Assembly: GCA_046563655.1 (NCBI GenBank)
Contig: CM102290.1
Location: forward strand, 1,860,001-1,924,000
Direction: 5' to 3'
DNA from: Yuukianura sp. NJ FZ-2021
Lineage: Eukaryota
DNA: 64,000 nucleotides
Shown here: positions 24,680-36,906 of the stretch, piece by piece
How positions within the stretch are numbered: the stretch's first letter is position 1
How the letters are laid out: each line of letters opens with the position of its first letter
Program-made: the position numbers and the translations under genes
The notes under the pieces: model-generated
Databases searched by the model: none
Told to the model about the DNA's origin: nothing
The model's input: only the letters and a program-made list of their open reading frames with translations

Positions 24680-27457
24680 ATGGAAGATGAGCAGCGTGTG
24701 AAGTTTGTTGAACCTAATCACACGCTTGTCATTAGGAAGAAATCAAAGAAAGATGAAGAAGGTAAATTTGATTGGATTTTGATCTGTTTTTGGTAAAAAT
24801 GTTGAGTCAAGGTTGTAAGTTTTTCTGGAACATGAGAGGGAATGTTATTTACCACTTTTGATGATTGGTTGGTAACATATTGTTTGGTGACTTGGCGAAT
24901 TTCAACGCTAAAAGTGATACGCTAAAAGTGGTCCGGTGTGAACCCGCCTTTAAATCTCTTTTTAGTGTCAACTAATTTCGTTTTTTGTTTTGATCGCAGT
25001 GAAAGAAATGGGTCACACTGCCAATAAGATCAAGTTGAGTGTCATGTTCTTCATGACACTGACGTACTTCTTGGTGGAAATCGCTGTGGGATACATCAGT
25101 AACTCCATGGCGCTGGTTGCAGACTCATTTCACATGATGAGTGACGTGGCAGCCCTCATTGTAGCGTTCATGTCCGTTAAGGTAACGATTCACGAGAAGA
25201 TTTAACTTAAGTTTGGAACTAATCAATCAATTAATGCCCTGTTTCGTTTTTCGTATCAGATGTCACCGAAGAAGTGGTCTAAGAATACGTTCGGCTGGGC
25301 TCGAGCCGAAGTCCTTGGTGCTTTGGTGAACGCTGTGTTCTTAGTGGCGTTGTGCTTCTCCATCTTGGTAGAATCCGTGAAACGGTATGTTCTATGTTAA
25401 AGTTAAAGTTATGCTAAAGTTAGCTACTATGATAATTATCACTTGTCGTTGTGTTAGCTTGGATTAAGGGACTTAAAAAGTTACGTCAACTTTGTTTGTT
25501 GCAGCTTTATTACTCCTGATTCTATCCATCATCCACAATTGGTTCTGGGTGTTGGTGCGGGTGGACTTTTAGTCAATGTGATTGGAATTCTGATGTTTCA
25601 TGGTAAGTATTGGATTACTGATTAATGTCAATCCAACACGAGTTGCTGATCAATTGAATTTAGGTGCTGGGGGTTCCGGGCATTCCCACGGTGGACATCA
25701 TCACTCCATAAAACATCAAAGTCGGCTCACTCGAATGGTAGCTACTGATAGTAACGAAAATGACGAGCGTGTCACCTCTCCAGACAATGCCCCCGAGCCA
25801 CCAAGACCTGAACCAAAACAGCATGGGCATGGCCATGGACATTCACATTCCAGCGCTTCACAAGTAAAACGTTGCGACATCATGTCAAATGAGCGATTGA
25901 GTTTCCTGAATAACTTTTCTGTGATGATTGTAGATGAACATGCGAGGAGTATTTCTGCACTTGCTTGCAGACGCACTTGGATCAGTGATTGTCATTATTT
26001 CGGCTTGTATCATTTGGTTCTGGGATTGGGAGTATGAAAACTACGTTGATCCAACTCTGTCGGTGATCATGGTCGTTCTCCTTCTCAGATCAGTTTGGCC
26101 GTTGCGTAAGGAAATACTTCTTTTCTTGTCGTTTATCTTTCGTATCTGGATCGATCCAACGTAGTTTTGAAAAAAAAAACAACAACATATTGTGCTGATG
26201 GCGCTGATCTGTTGCGACATCAGATCGTACTGAAACGGATGATATGGCTGGGAAAAATTTCTTAACTTCCTGTTTTTGTTGTTGTTTTTTTTTTCGTGAA
26301 ATTCACATTGGATCGATTAATGTTATCTCGTGTTATGCGTTTTGCGGGATTTCAATAATTTTTTTTTAATTTCATTGTTAGTTACGGAATCAGCAATGAT
26401 TCTACTCCAAACTGTACCGACTCACATTCAAGTGGAAGAGTTGCACAAACGATTGATTCAGGAAGTGGATGGAGTATTGGCTATTCATGAATTTCACATT
26501 TGGCAATTAGCTGGTGACCGTATCATTGCGTCTGCTCATATTCGGTAACACAAAATGTTTAATTTCAAATGTCTTTGGTAGACATGCCCCGATTCATCGG
26601 TTTGCCGATACATATAGGCCTATTCTTGGCCTATTTTTAGGAATAGGTGGATCGGCCCGAAAAAAAATTGACCAGTTAAACTGGCCTGTTTTTACCTATT
26701 CTTTTTTCTCGTAAGATTTGAGAATTTTATTAACATTTTTGCGTTTTTTATCCGAAGATTTTTATTTTCTAACAAATATGGCTTTGTTACACGTTTAGTT
26801 TTGCACAATCTTACCTTACATCGTGTCTAGTGTGCAATTCAATAGCGTCGGGTGCCATTTTAGTTGAAAAGTGGAAATATTTTTTTCAAAGAAATTAGTC
26901 AAACAAGTCAACTTCGCTGCTTATCTCACATGAAATAAATCGGCCGATGTATCGGCCTATGAATAGGTTTGCCGGTATTAGAATTTGGAAAAGAATAGGT
27001 GTATCGTGTATCGGCGAATTGAAGAATCGGGGCATGTCTAGTCTTTGGCTACAAAGGCCAACTCTTGTGCCCAAGTATTTGCGAATTGATGAAAATTTTT
27101 TTTGTTCAGTTGCCTCAACCTAGCCGACTACATCCGAATTGCCGAACGCGTTAAGGAATTTTTCCACAACGAAGGTATTCACTCAACTACAATCCAACCA
27201 GAATTTGTTGAGGTGAGAAACAAACAAATTACAAAAAAAAAAGTTCTTGGTAAATCATGAGTCACATTTGGAAAACATAAAAAATACTTTTGTTGAAACA
27301 GCATCACCCTGAGGAACACTCCAAAAGTGGAAGTGACTGCTTCCTAGCATGCCCTCCGGAACAAGCTCACAATGGCTGCGTCGTCAACTCCTGCTGTGGT
27401 AACATTCAACAACAACAACAACAAACTGCTCCAACTTCAGTCACTGTCATCACCTAA
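24680..27457 (+). CDS. ZnT1: Zinc exporter ZnT1/SLC30A1-like (cation diffusion facilitator)
   Basis: Core exons 25000-25181, 25260-25384, 25505-25602, 25664-25863, 25934-26106, 26382-26544, 27110-27212, 27302-27457. Motifs SMALVADSFHMMSD, NTFGWARAEVLGALVN, His-rich loop, NMRGVFLHLLADALGS, HEFHIWQL, IHSTTIQPEF. Core ATG at 25008; candidate alternative first coding exons 24680-24761 and 19246-19435. Confidence 0.95.
26579..27040. mobile_element. hAT-type MITE (462 bp) in a ZnT1 intron
   Basis: Perfect 17-bp TIR TAGACATGCCCCGATTC. Perfect 8-bp TSD GTCTTTGG (26571-26578 / 27041-27048). Subterminal ATCGG repeats. Confidence 0.92.
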
Positions 27458-28821
27458 GAAGTACAGACGATCAAAATTCAAACAAATTCGAACAAGGTAA
27501 CCGGTCTAAATTTGCACAGAAGAGTACTATTACCTACTACTACTACATTCATCATTCAAAAAAAATTCATCGCAATAAGATCTCTTACAATACTACGAAA
27601 CGGCCACTCAATTTCTGTTTGGTCACGCAACACCAATGAAACCACAGCTTTTCTTAAGTATACAGCTGAATATGAAGGACTTCAGTATTTTCGTTGTTTA
27701 GAACAACAAGCGTCGTCGTCGTCGCTGTGGGCAGAAATTTGCGCATGACTCAAGTCCAGAAGAGCCTAAAGCGGACTTTTGCCCATGCGTTGTCCTAAAA
27801 TCTTAAACTGTTGTGAATTACCCAATTGCTTTCTACTTTATCCTCTGTCACTTGTCACTTTAAAACAAGGAATTCGTAACCTTTTTAAACTGGACTAAAA
27901 AGCCAGTCAAATTTTTGCAACTCCTGATCAGTTCCATTTTTGGCAAAACGTATCCAATACGATCGGAGATGTGAGTAGCGCCATGTTTTTTTAGATTTCT
28001 AAAATTGGAGTTCGTTTTTTAAGAAATTTAGTTCGAAGCCAAATACGAGATCATCCCTCGTCCACCTAACGTCCTCTCTTAAAAATATTCTTAATTAATC
28101 CTAAGTTTACCGTGATTGTTAACTTTTGACTTATTTTTTAGAAACCAGACTTTAGAAAAGTACCTTCGTTTTTTGAAGTTTGATTTTTTGAAATACTTCA
28201 AAAAACTCCAGTTGAGTTATTAGTTAATCATGTAACTTATTCATCCTGTTTATAAATCGAATACTATTACTTTATAATATTGGGGGGTTTGCATGTTTGT
28301 AGTTAACCTAAGCGTTGTGTTGTAACTAAATTGTTGTTAGCCTAGTCGTGCCTTTTTTAAACTAAAAACATCCCTATAGGCACAAATCTTTAGCACTCGA
28401 ATCGTACTTTTTGTTAATTAGGTCAACTAACCTAATTATAATTGAGTCATAATTAAGTTTTTCCACCTTCCTGAGCCTAAAAATCACGTTGAGAGGTACG
28501 TACGATTTGTTTGCAGTAAGATTTGTGCTGTTAAGTCTCATTACTGATGAAAATGTAATGCTCACATGCCATTATAACTAAAAAATGTGACGGACTTTCC
28601 CTTAGTTTACTGTTTTACTAAACTTGAAAAGGTCACAATACCACTTTTTAGAAAGAACGGTAAATTAAAAGTTCTAGAATGACAAGGTTTGACTTCCTAG
28701 TTTATTAAGTTGGTTTGGTTCTAGATTTTTGGCTAAGAATTTTGTAAAAAGAGGTACATGTTATTTTGTTTGCGTATGCGCACTGGAAAAGTGTGAAGTT
28801 TATACTGAAAGTTTGGAGTGT

Positions 28822-31800
28822 TTATGTAGCAGTTGCACCAAAAGTTCCAGGAGGTGGGCGTAAAGCTTTAGGGAGAGTGAAGACTTGGAAGCTGTTGAAG
28901 GCGTACTTGCGTTGCCCAATGTTTTTTAGTGTATTCTCTCGTCTCGTTCCTTCACTAAATATTTGAACAAATTTGGTAATGAAGTTGTTCTAAAAAGTTA
29001 GAACATGAGAGTAGGAATGTTCAAGCTAACCTTCGTGTAGCGTCTAGAGCCAATTGGATTTCGTCTCCGGAGAGATCGTAGTCATTCCATAGAATATTAA
29101 CTTGCTCAAGTGTAGCAGCCATTGCAGTTCGATCTTTTCCACTTTTACAGCAAGTGAACCGAAGTCCCATCATGAGTCGAGTAATACTTTCAGATACATG
29201 TAAAATGTCTATGTTCTTTTTCTTCTTAGAGTGTAGCTCCTTCTCCAACAAATCCAGAAGTTTTTCAATACTGCGCTCAGGGCTGGCGACTCCTATGAAC
29301 CAAAATATTAACTATTGTAATACTAATGAGCAGATGTAATTCCGCAATTGCAATACCAATTGGTTTATTACCAAATGTTAGACATCGATTTGGAAAAAAA
29401 AAACTTACGTTTCGACAACTTGTGTTTTGACGGAAGGTTGAGATTCTTGAACTGATGATAATACTCTACGAGATGACCGTAGTTTTCAATATTGGATTCC
29501 TCCTGTACCTCTACGCTCTTAAACCGCTCCGCATATGTTGCAAATTCATTCACTCCAACACTGAAGAACACTGGCCTCACAACAAAACTTGTACTGCGAG
29601 AACTTCCCATTGGCAGCATCGCAAAGATACAATCTGGAACAGGAAGAGTCACTTTGAGATTGGATCTGGATCCAGACACTTTGGGAACTGGAAGGATCCC
29701 GTCTTCAGAAGAATCAAAGTCAGAGTCTTCCGGTCCCCTCGGTCCATTTCTGAGACTGAGTACGAATTCAACTGACTTCAGGTCATCCACAACCACTTTC
29801 ATGTCAGAGAACATTGCTGCTTCATCTCCATGATAAGTAACGTAAGAGTGGAAAGTCACAAGCGGCCCGCGTCTTGTCAACAAGTACAAAAATGCTGGGT
29901 CTGGTTTCCGGCACCATAAGTGACCCATTAAAGCTGTCACAAGGGTTGTCAACTGTCAAAAACAGAACTTATGTTAGTTTAACATTTCAGTATTTTTTTC
30001 TAAATTGTGTCTTACTGCTTGCGAAAAGCAAACGTCTCGGCGGTACTTGATGCTAAAACCAAGTTTTGATTTGTCTGGATTTTCCTGTAAGCGGAAAATG
30101 GAATGTGCGAGTCTAGCAGTCTTTAGAAGGCCATCAGTTGCCAGGCGAAGTTTTTTGAGACTTCCGCGCAGTTCTTCACACCAGTCATCTTTATTGCTAG
30201 TGATACTTGAACTGGCTTGATCACTTCCAGTCGTAGATGGAGCAGTGGCCATGTTCAGTTTTAGCGGAAGCTTAAGTGCTTCTCTCTTGTCTTCATTCTG
30301 GGAACTTCCAAAACTTGTGTCTTCTCTGAGAGACTTCCGCCAAGGACCTGGAGTTAGTCGAGCATTTCCGGAATTTAACTGTGTCATAACGCTTTGAGCT
30401 CGGTGAATCGTATGCGGCCGTAAAGAACCAAAGGAGATATCCGCTCCTTGCCCTCCAAGAGTAACAACTTTGCTGTTGAGGCTTATCACACTCGCTTCAA
30501 TATTCAGTTGAATCAAATCCCAAGGTTCGGGTCTAAAATATTAAAAAATTAACTAACTCAGGTTTCTAAAAACTTTTAACAATAAATCCCAAGGTTCGTA
30601 AACAAAAAAACAACTTTTCCTACACCAGGTTGTCCAGTAACTCGAAGTTTTAAACTTTGTTTGATAGTAGGAGCCTTTCTATGGTAATTTTTCGCATGTA
30701 TTGTAAATGGGATTGGTGCTAAAAGTTGTTTGAAGTAAGATTTTTGAAAACCCTGAGTTATTGGACAACATGTTGTAGATTAGTTGTAGATTGGTTGCTA
30801 TAACAACCTTGATAACTCCCAACTTACTCTTCCGATGGGCGATAGTAATTGGAGGAAGGTGTGTCCAGAAAAGACTTGATCACATCTTCAATTCCAAGTC
30901 CACTGTCTGGGGTAAGATCTTCCCTGGATGATAAGTCGCGTTTCGCTTCTGCCCGCTTTTTAAACAGCTCAACGACAGTCCGAAGTGGTGAACTTGAAAT
31001 GTCAATACCCTCGTCCACAACAAGCTTCGGCGGACTTGACTTGGAAGGAAGCGAGTCAAAGTCAAGAGATGTGGAAGTGGGCATATTCACTTTGTTGTGC
31101 TCCAGAAAGTCAAACGCTTCTTCAATCAGCGATTTGTCACAAACACTAAGCAGCAGACGACACTGAAAAGGAACTCATTGAAATTAAACTTACTTAGGCA
31201 AAGTAATCAAACATTCTTTTTTACCCTATGGTAAATGTCTTCAACAAAACGATGGAGTCCAGTCGTTTTCTTTTCTTTTGCCAACTTCATAATTAGTTGC
31301 ATCCTTTCCACAATTTCCTTGCGGAGACGCTTGATTCCCTGAACAGCATCGTACGTAATATGAACGCGATTAGGAAGATAAAACTGTGAGTGATGAGTAT
31401 GACGCTGGTGCTTTCCATTGGAATCAAAATTAGCATAACTCAGCAACATCCTGTTCAGAAATAGAATGATAAACTCTCGGGATCAGTTTTCAGTGAGGTA
31501 ATTAAGCATAATCAATTACTTTTGGAGACCACCATGTCGAAATCCATGTGGTGTAGCAGTGAATGCTCCTGTTGTGATGATATCGTGGAATCCACTTTTA
31601 TGAAGACTCTCATTCTGTGCCCAAATTCTCTGCAAATGGAGGTTCAACGGAACAAATTCGTATGTTGGATCGTCTTTCGTTGAACTCAATTTGAAATCTG
31701 ACCCTGAATCACCCAAAAAATTTTAAAATTGTGATAATTTATATTTTGTCAGGAATAAGCTCCATACCTTTGTAATTAACCAAATTATTTCTTGCTTGTG

Positions 31801-34558
31801 AGTAAGCGTTGATGAGCCACAAGTGACGTTCCAGTAACCGAACTTGAACTGTGTGCCAAGGATCAACTAAAACTCCTAATCCAATCATTTCTTGAAGCAG
31901 TTCCTTCTCTTCAGCAATCCAAAGAGATCTAATCCCACAAACACTTCAACAGTTTAAAAAAAATACGTAAATTGAAAGTTATTCACATTAAAGCATAGTC
32001 TCTTACAACAGCTGTTGTGGGAAAACGAAACAAAGCTTAGATTCCGCCATTATTTCATGCACAAATATGTCACCACCGAGTCCAGAATGAAATCGATACG
32101 TCTGCATGAATGGATTGCTAAACAACAGTCCAAAGTTATCCTGAAGTGGAATTTTCAATTTGCATCCCAAACGAGGTGGCAAAGACTGCGTCCGTCGATG
32201 AGAATACTGAAAACCATAAAATGCCAACTATAAATCAATGTCAATTACATCGATTAACAGAAATATTTGGTCAATTGATCATACGACAGGAGTCTCTATC
32301 CGATATGGTTGAGTCGGGAGCCCGTATGCACTTGCATCGTCACTTTGTTGTTGTTGGTGATTGGGCAAAAGCCGAGCAGAGATCTTGGGTTGACCTGAAA
32401 CACTTCGACATGGAGTGGACTCCGTACTGCCTCGTTCTTCTCTTTCGAGATTCCAAACTACGATTGTGATAAATCCAACGTGGTTGTGAGGAGTTGAACC
32501 AGGATTGGGAGATGACGAGGAAATTGGTAATCGAATTCGCTGAATAGCACTCAAGCAGCCAAGATTCACAATTAGATGACCTATCATCGTCTGAGTTCCA
32601 GTCACACGCTCTCGAACATTGTAAATTGTAAACCTAATTTCACTATAAGGTGTTATCCCATCGCTTTCACGGAAACTTATTGTAGTCAAAAATGATGGAT
32701 TTGAACTCCGCTGCAAACAAAAATAGACGGTTGTACATATTCATATTCTGCACAGAAGTAGCTCCCGAGTTTTGAAAAAACCGCCAAGGAAGCTTTCTCG
32801 AACAAAAGCAGTTTCCTTGGCGGTCTTTCCAAAACTGAGGAACTACTTCTGTGCAGAACTTAACATCGCCACAAAACAGTCGTTGCTTACTTGAACCAAT
32901 TCCGTGGATGCGTACTTGGCCCAATTTTGACCAGGGACATTCCGAACATGAACCACACATTTGGCACTAGGAGTTCCACCATGGTTGTCACATAACTGAA
33001 ACCAAAATACAATGAGCGAACTAAGTTTAAGTAATAATTCTTAGAAAATTACTTAAGTTGAAGTGATGATGACGTTTCGTCTTACCAAATTATCACAGGA
33101 GATAGAGATTTCACAAAGTGGAGATTCAGCAACGTCTAGAAAGAAATGGTTTGTTTGAAATAACGGATCTTGGTAATTGAAGCTTCAGTTTTGACTAACC
33201 TTTGACGTAGCCTGAAGCTTTTATTAGACTAGGTTCATCAATAGGAGTTCCCTCCTTGGAATCCATTCCAGTGCTTGCTTGCGTAGAGATTTGTGTTTGA
33301 ACTTGATTTTTCAGTGAAGTCAGTTTTGCTCGAATGGCACCAAAGCTCGCTTGTTTCAGGGCTTCTACCCAACTTGCCCTGTCTTCTTCCGTGCTAGCAC
33401 TAAGACATTGATAACCCCCTGCATCGAATTCTAACCAAAAACAAGACAAATTAAGCTAAACACCTACAGCGGTTTTGATATGTGATTTGACTGGCTGGTT
33501 GAAGTAAACTTTGTCGCTGGTGATTCTACCCTCCACTTAGCATTACAAGCGTAAACCCAAGGTTCCTTGACTACCATTTAGTACAGCTTAACCTAAGTTA
33601 ACTCCTAAGTTAAAATATTTAAATCGTTAAACTCCTTAATTAAATCGACAACCCTTGTGTAACCCCTATTACACCCCCACGGGGCTTCAGCACAAACTTG
33701 GGATTTTTGAATTTCCCGCTCGAAATTTCAATAATGGGGTGCAATACAATGCTAACTGGGGGTACAACCATTCGCCCTAAAGTTTACTTCAACTGACTGG
33801 TTACTTACCAATTACAAAATGGAAGCCTGGTGTGTTCGAGGGAGAGTTGTCAATTTTGACAGTGCATGCTTCAATGACAATGAGTCCCAGCGGTTCTGAC
33901 CAATGATCCCGAGTCTTTAGGTAGAACAACAGGTTACCGCTTAGACGGAACCATCGTTCACATGCACCTTTTCAAACACAAATCGAGTTAAGTTTTGATA
34001 AAATTGATGAAAATATTGATGTTCTCTTGGAATATCTTTAAAAATGCATTTCCAAAAATTAAAAAGCAACGGCGCAAATTAGATAGAACTTTCTCATAAA
34101 CAACGTCACATTGTTTGCGGATTCATCGATTAAACCAAAGGCCATGCCATCATGCCATGCCTGCGACGCTGACATACCTTCAACAGCGTTTGGCCCAATG
34201 CAACTGAACGAGTCTTGTTTCACTCGAGATAACTTCTTGGACCTTCCACTTCCTAAACCGATTTAAAAAAAAAATATAAATATGAAGCATTGTAAATCAT
34301 GCCGTGGAGCAATTCAAAACTTAATTCAATCATGCAGTGTACATTGATTCCAAAACTAAGGCCGGGTATATCAGAAAAGCAGGACACGGATCTAATGTTG
34401 GATAAATTCAAGCATCTAAATGTCATACGTCTACCTTTACCTTCAGTTCTACGAAAAAAACCAGTTGATTTTTCTCGTAGAATTAATACTCCTTCCTTGT
34501 CATACGTATGTGAAGACTGGGAGGCAAGGGCAATGAGGTCTTCGTTATTGAATCTCAT
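28822..34558 (-). CDS. INPP4: Inositol polyphosphate 4-phosphatase with N-terminal PH domain
   Basis: Multi-exon. PH motifs ([25 protein letters not shown]), C2-like region, [20 protein letters not shown], catalytic CX5R in [15 protein letters not shown], and C-terminal [18 protein letters not shown]...RPPPGTFG. Confidence 0.93.
30590..30811. mobile_element. P-like MITE with CAAGGTT termini and 8-bp TSD (222 bp)
   Basis: CAAGGTT...AACCTTG ends. Flanks ATAAATCC / ATAACTCC (7/8). Both halves match the inverted copy at 49397-50483. Confidence 0.8.
32746..32858. repeat. Near-perfect 113-nt hairpin in an INPP4 intron
   Basis: TTCTGCACAGAAGTAGCTCCCGAGTTTTGAAAAAACCGCCAAGGAAGCT pairs with AGTTTCCTTGGCGGTCTTTCCAAAACTGAGGAACTACTTCTGTGCAGAA; arms about 48 bp. 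Confidence 0.9.
33497..33794. mobile_element. Merlin-like MITE (GG terminus, 8-bp TSD) in an INPP4 intron
   Basis: TIR GGTTGAAGTAAACTTT / AAAGTTTACTTCAACT extending imperfectly to ~50 bp. Flanks GACTGGCT / GACTGGTT (7/8). Superfamily inferred from end structure only. Confidence 0.7.
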
Positions 34559-35945
34559 GGCTTCCTTCTTCAGTCAACTCAATTACTTAGCAGAAATAAC
34601 TTAAAAATTCATGGACATCACAAGTCCTCATTCATCGTCCGGCCTCATTGATTCAGCTACTTGGTTCCAGACAAATGAAACCCCGAACTAAATCATAACT
34701 ATTGATGTAAGGAGGGTCCAGTGAATTGTATCAAATTGATACCCGGCTTCCAGTAATTCCATCCATCTTACGGTCTGGTACTGCAGACTCTGGCTGATGA
34801 ATGGAGAACTGTTGTCTAAACAGGTCAGAGTGGTTGTTGATCTGACATTGGCATGTCAAATGTCAATTGAATCTTGTGCTGGAAGACAGGCAGACGAACA
34901 CTGTAGCGGTAGAAGAGCACCTAAACATGTACTTTAAGTTAGAACTTGTCCATTTTTAATTTGTTATTACTTAATCGTTGAATGACTTACAAGAACTTCA
35001 CATGTGATGACTCATTGTTGCTGTGAGGTCAAGGTGTGACTCGGTGTTTGGTAATTAATTTAGGGTGAGATTCTTTGGAATTTTGAAATGATTAATAATT
35101 CACACAGACACAGGTAACTCCTCTATCGGAGGTGTAAAAACAAGAGGATGAGGGCAGGGGGAAAAAAGACAGAAAAAACAGGTGAAAATGGCAAAAGATG
35201 AGGAGGAAACGAAGGAATTTGGCACATGTGCAAAAATGCGAATGTTCCAGCAGCATGTTAACATGTTTATAAACGATACAACACCTTCACTCCAGTTAAT
35301 TGAAGTTTTAATTACTTCACCGCAAATCAGTTTAGTTGATGAGCCCTAAAGTTAGTTTTTTTATGCTCGTCGTTTTTTAGAGTATTTACTGTAGAGCGGT
35401 AAAAATTTAATTCTCGAATTCAAACCCTCCTGCGCCATTTTTCATTCATTCATTGTTCTCTTTCTGAAAAAAGTCCGATAAAACAGAATTTGTTCGTTTC
35501 AATTAGTAATCAGTAGCTACTAAACATTTGGGTTAATAAAAATAGTCGCGGTTCCACTTCCATGCATGTAAAAATGAAAATTACTACGGCTTTCGTTTAT
35601 AGTTCTTTTGACTCAAAACTTTTGTGTCCTTTCTATGAATTTTGGATTTGGTTGTCAGAATTAAAATTTTTGAGTGACCTTTGAATTAAATTGTCACAAA
35701 TAAGGTTCTTACAAAGTTAGTTGCTTTGTAAATTTGAAAAAGACAAGTCGTCAGTCGTAGAGTTTGAAGCGTCCAAGGAGGAACGCCAACTACAGACAAG
35801 AAAACCGGTCATCACCGTATAATTTGGAGTAAATCACGGTAAAAGTTCAATTAATTAACTTATTCCCGCTAAAACTCGCATAGACAATTGAGTTGAATCT
35901 GAATCTCTTTCCTTTGTATCTTTGTGACCTCCATTGTCGTTCTAG

Positions 35946-36438
35946 ATGTCAGGATCAGGAACTGGAAACGGCGCAACCCCGCCCGGACCGAGCAATGACC
36001 CGCGCTTCAAAATGATTGTCAACTGTCATCAGGCTTTGTTCATTTGTCCCCATACTCCATTCACTTCTGGTAAATCTTACTGCTATTAATTGATCCCTTA
36101 ATCATGATTACTCAATTGACATTAAATTCTCTTTTTAAAAGTAGGATTCTACCAGGCTCAACCTCCACCGCCTAACAACCCAGCACCACGAGCCAAGAAG
36201 GACAAAGGTCAACAAGTTCGCTTCGAGTTCCCTCGATCACCGGGGCGGGTTTCGCCACCGCCTCCAACCCCTCCCCCTGCTTACGAACCGGGTAAACACC
36301 GATTGACCTTTCACCCTGATCTGACATGAACATACCAAGAGGGATGAATCTAATTAAATACTCAATTACTTTCCAGCCTGGAACAATGCTAGGTCCCCAA
36401 CTGGAGAAAGCCCTCAGGGACCTCGGTCTGCGCCATAA
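35946..36438 (+). CDS. Small proline-rich orphan protein (110 aa, three coding exons)
   Basis: Exons 35946-36069, 36145-36291, 36377-36438 with phase-compatible GT-AG introns of 75 and 85 nt. Exons are GC-richer than the flanks. Protein MSGSGTGNGATPPGPSNDPRFKMIVNCHQALFICPHTPFTSGFYQAQPPPP...SPPPPTPPPAYEPAWNNARSPTGESPQGPRSAP. No family recognised. Confidence 0.6.
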
Positions 36439-36679
36439 CTTCAACTCAACCCCGGATACTGACATTTCCTTCATGCTGGATTACAGACTGGACAAAAGGT
36501 TGATAACCTTCTTCACAAATTGGATCTTTGGAATTCAAATTAGAATTATCTGAATTACATAATTACAATTGTCGGAAATACAACTAATATTAGTTGAATT
36601 AGAAGCAATCGTTCTTGAATTATTATAACTAAAACTTAAACCTTAATAGATTAAACCATTTCCATTATCCATTCGGTTT

Positions 36680-36906
36680 CAGGTCATTAGTGCGAAAGCA
36701 ATAAGCCCGAAATCAGCAACTCGGCAACACTGAGCAGTGTGTTATCAATGAACCCTAACTCACACCTTTCAAAACCCTGACACACACCTTTGGAAAAAAC
36801 CAAACCTATACCTTCTAGAAACCAAAACCTTTGAAACCAAATGCAATTAAGCCCATTGTTGCCAACTTGGCGAATTCGTGTTTATAGTTTTCGCGCTAAT
36901 TACCTG
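36680..36906. mobile_element. MITE with CAGGTCATTAGCGCGAA-type TIRs (second copy at 47315-47461)
   Basis: Left CAGGTCATTAGTGCGAAAGC, right GTTTTCGCGCTAATTACCTG. The first ~45 bp match the reverse complement of 47415-47461. No TSD assigned. Confidence 0.7.
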
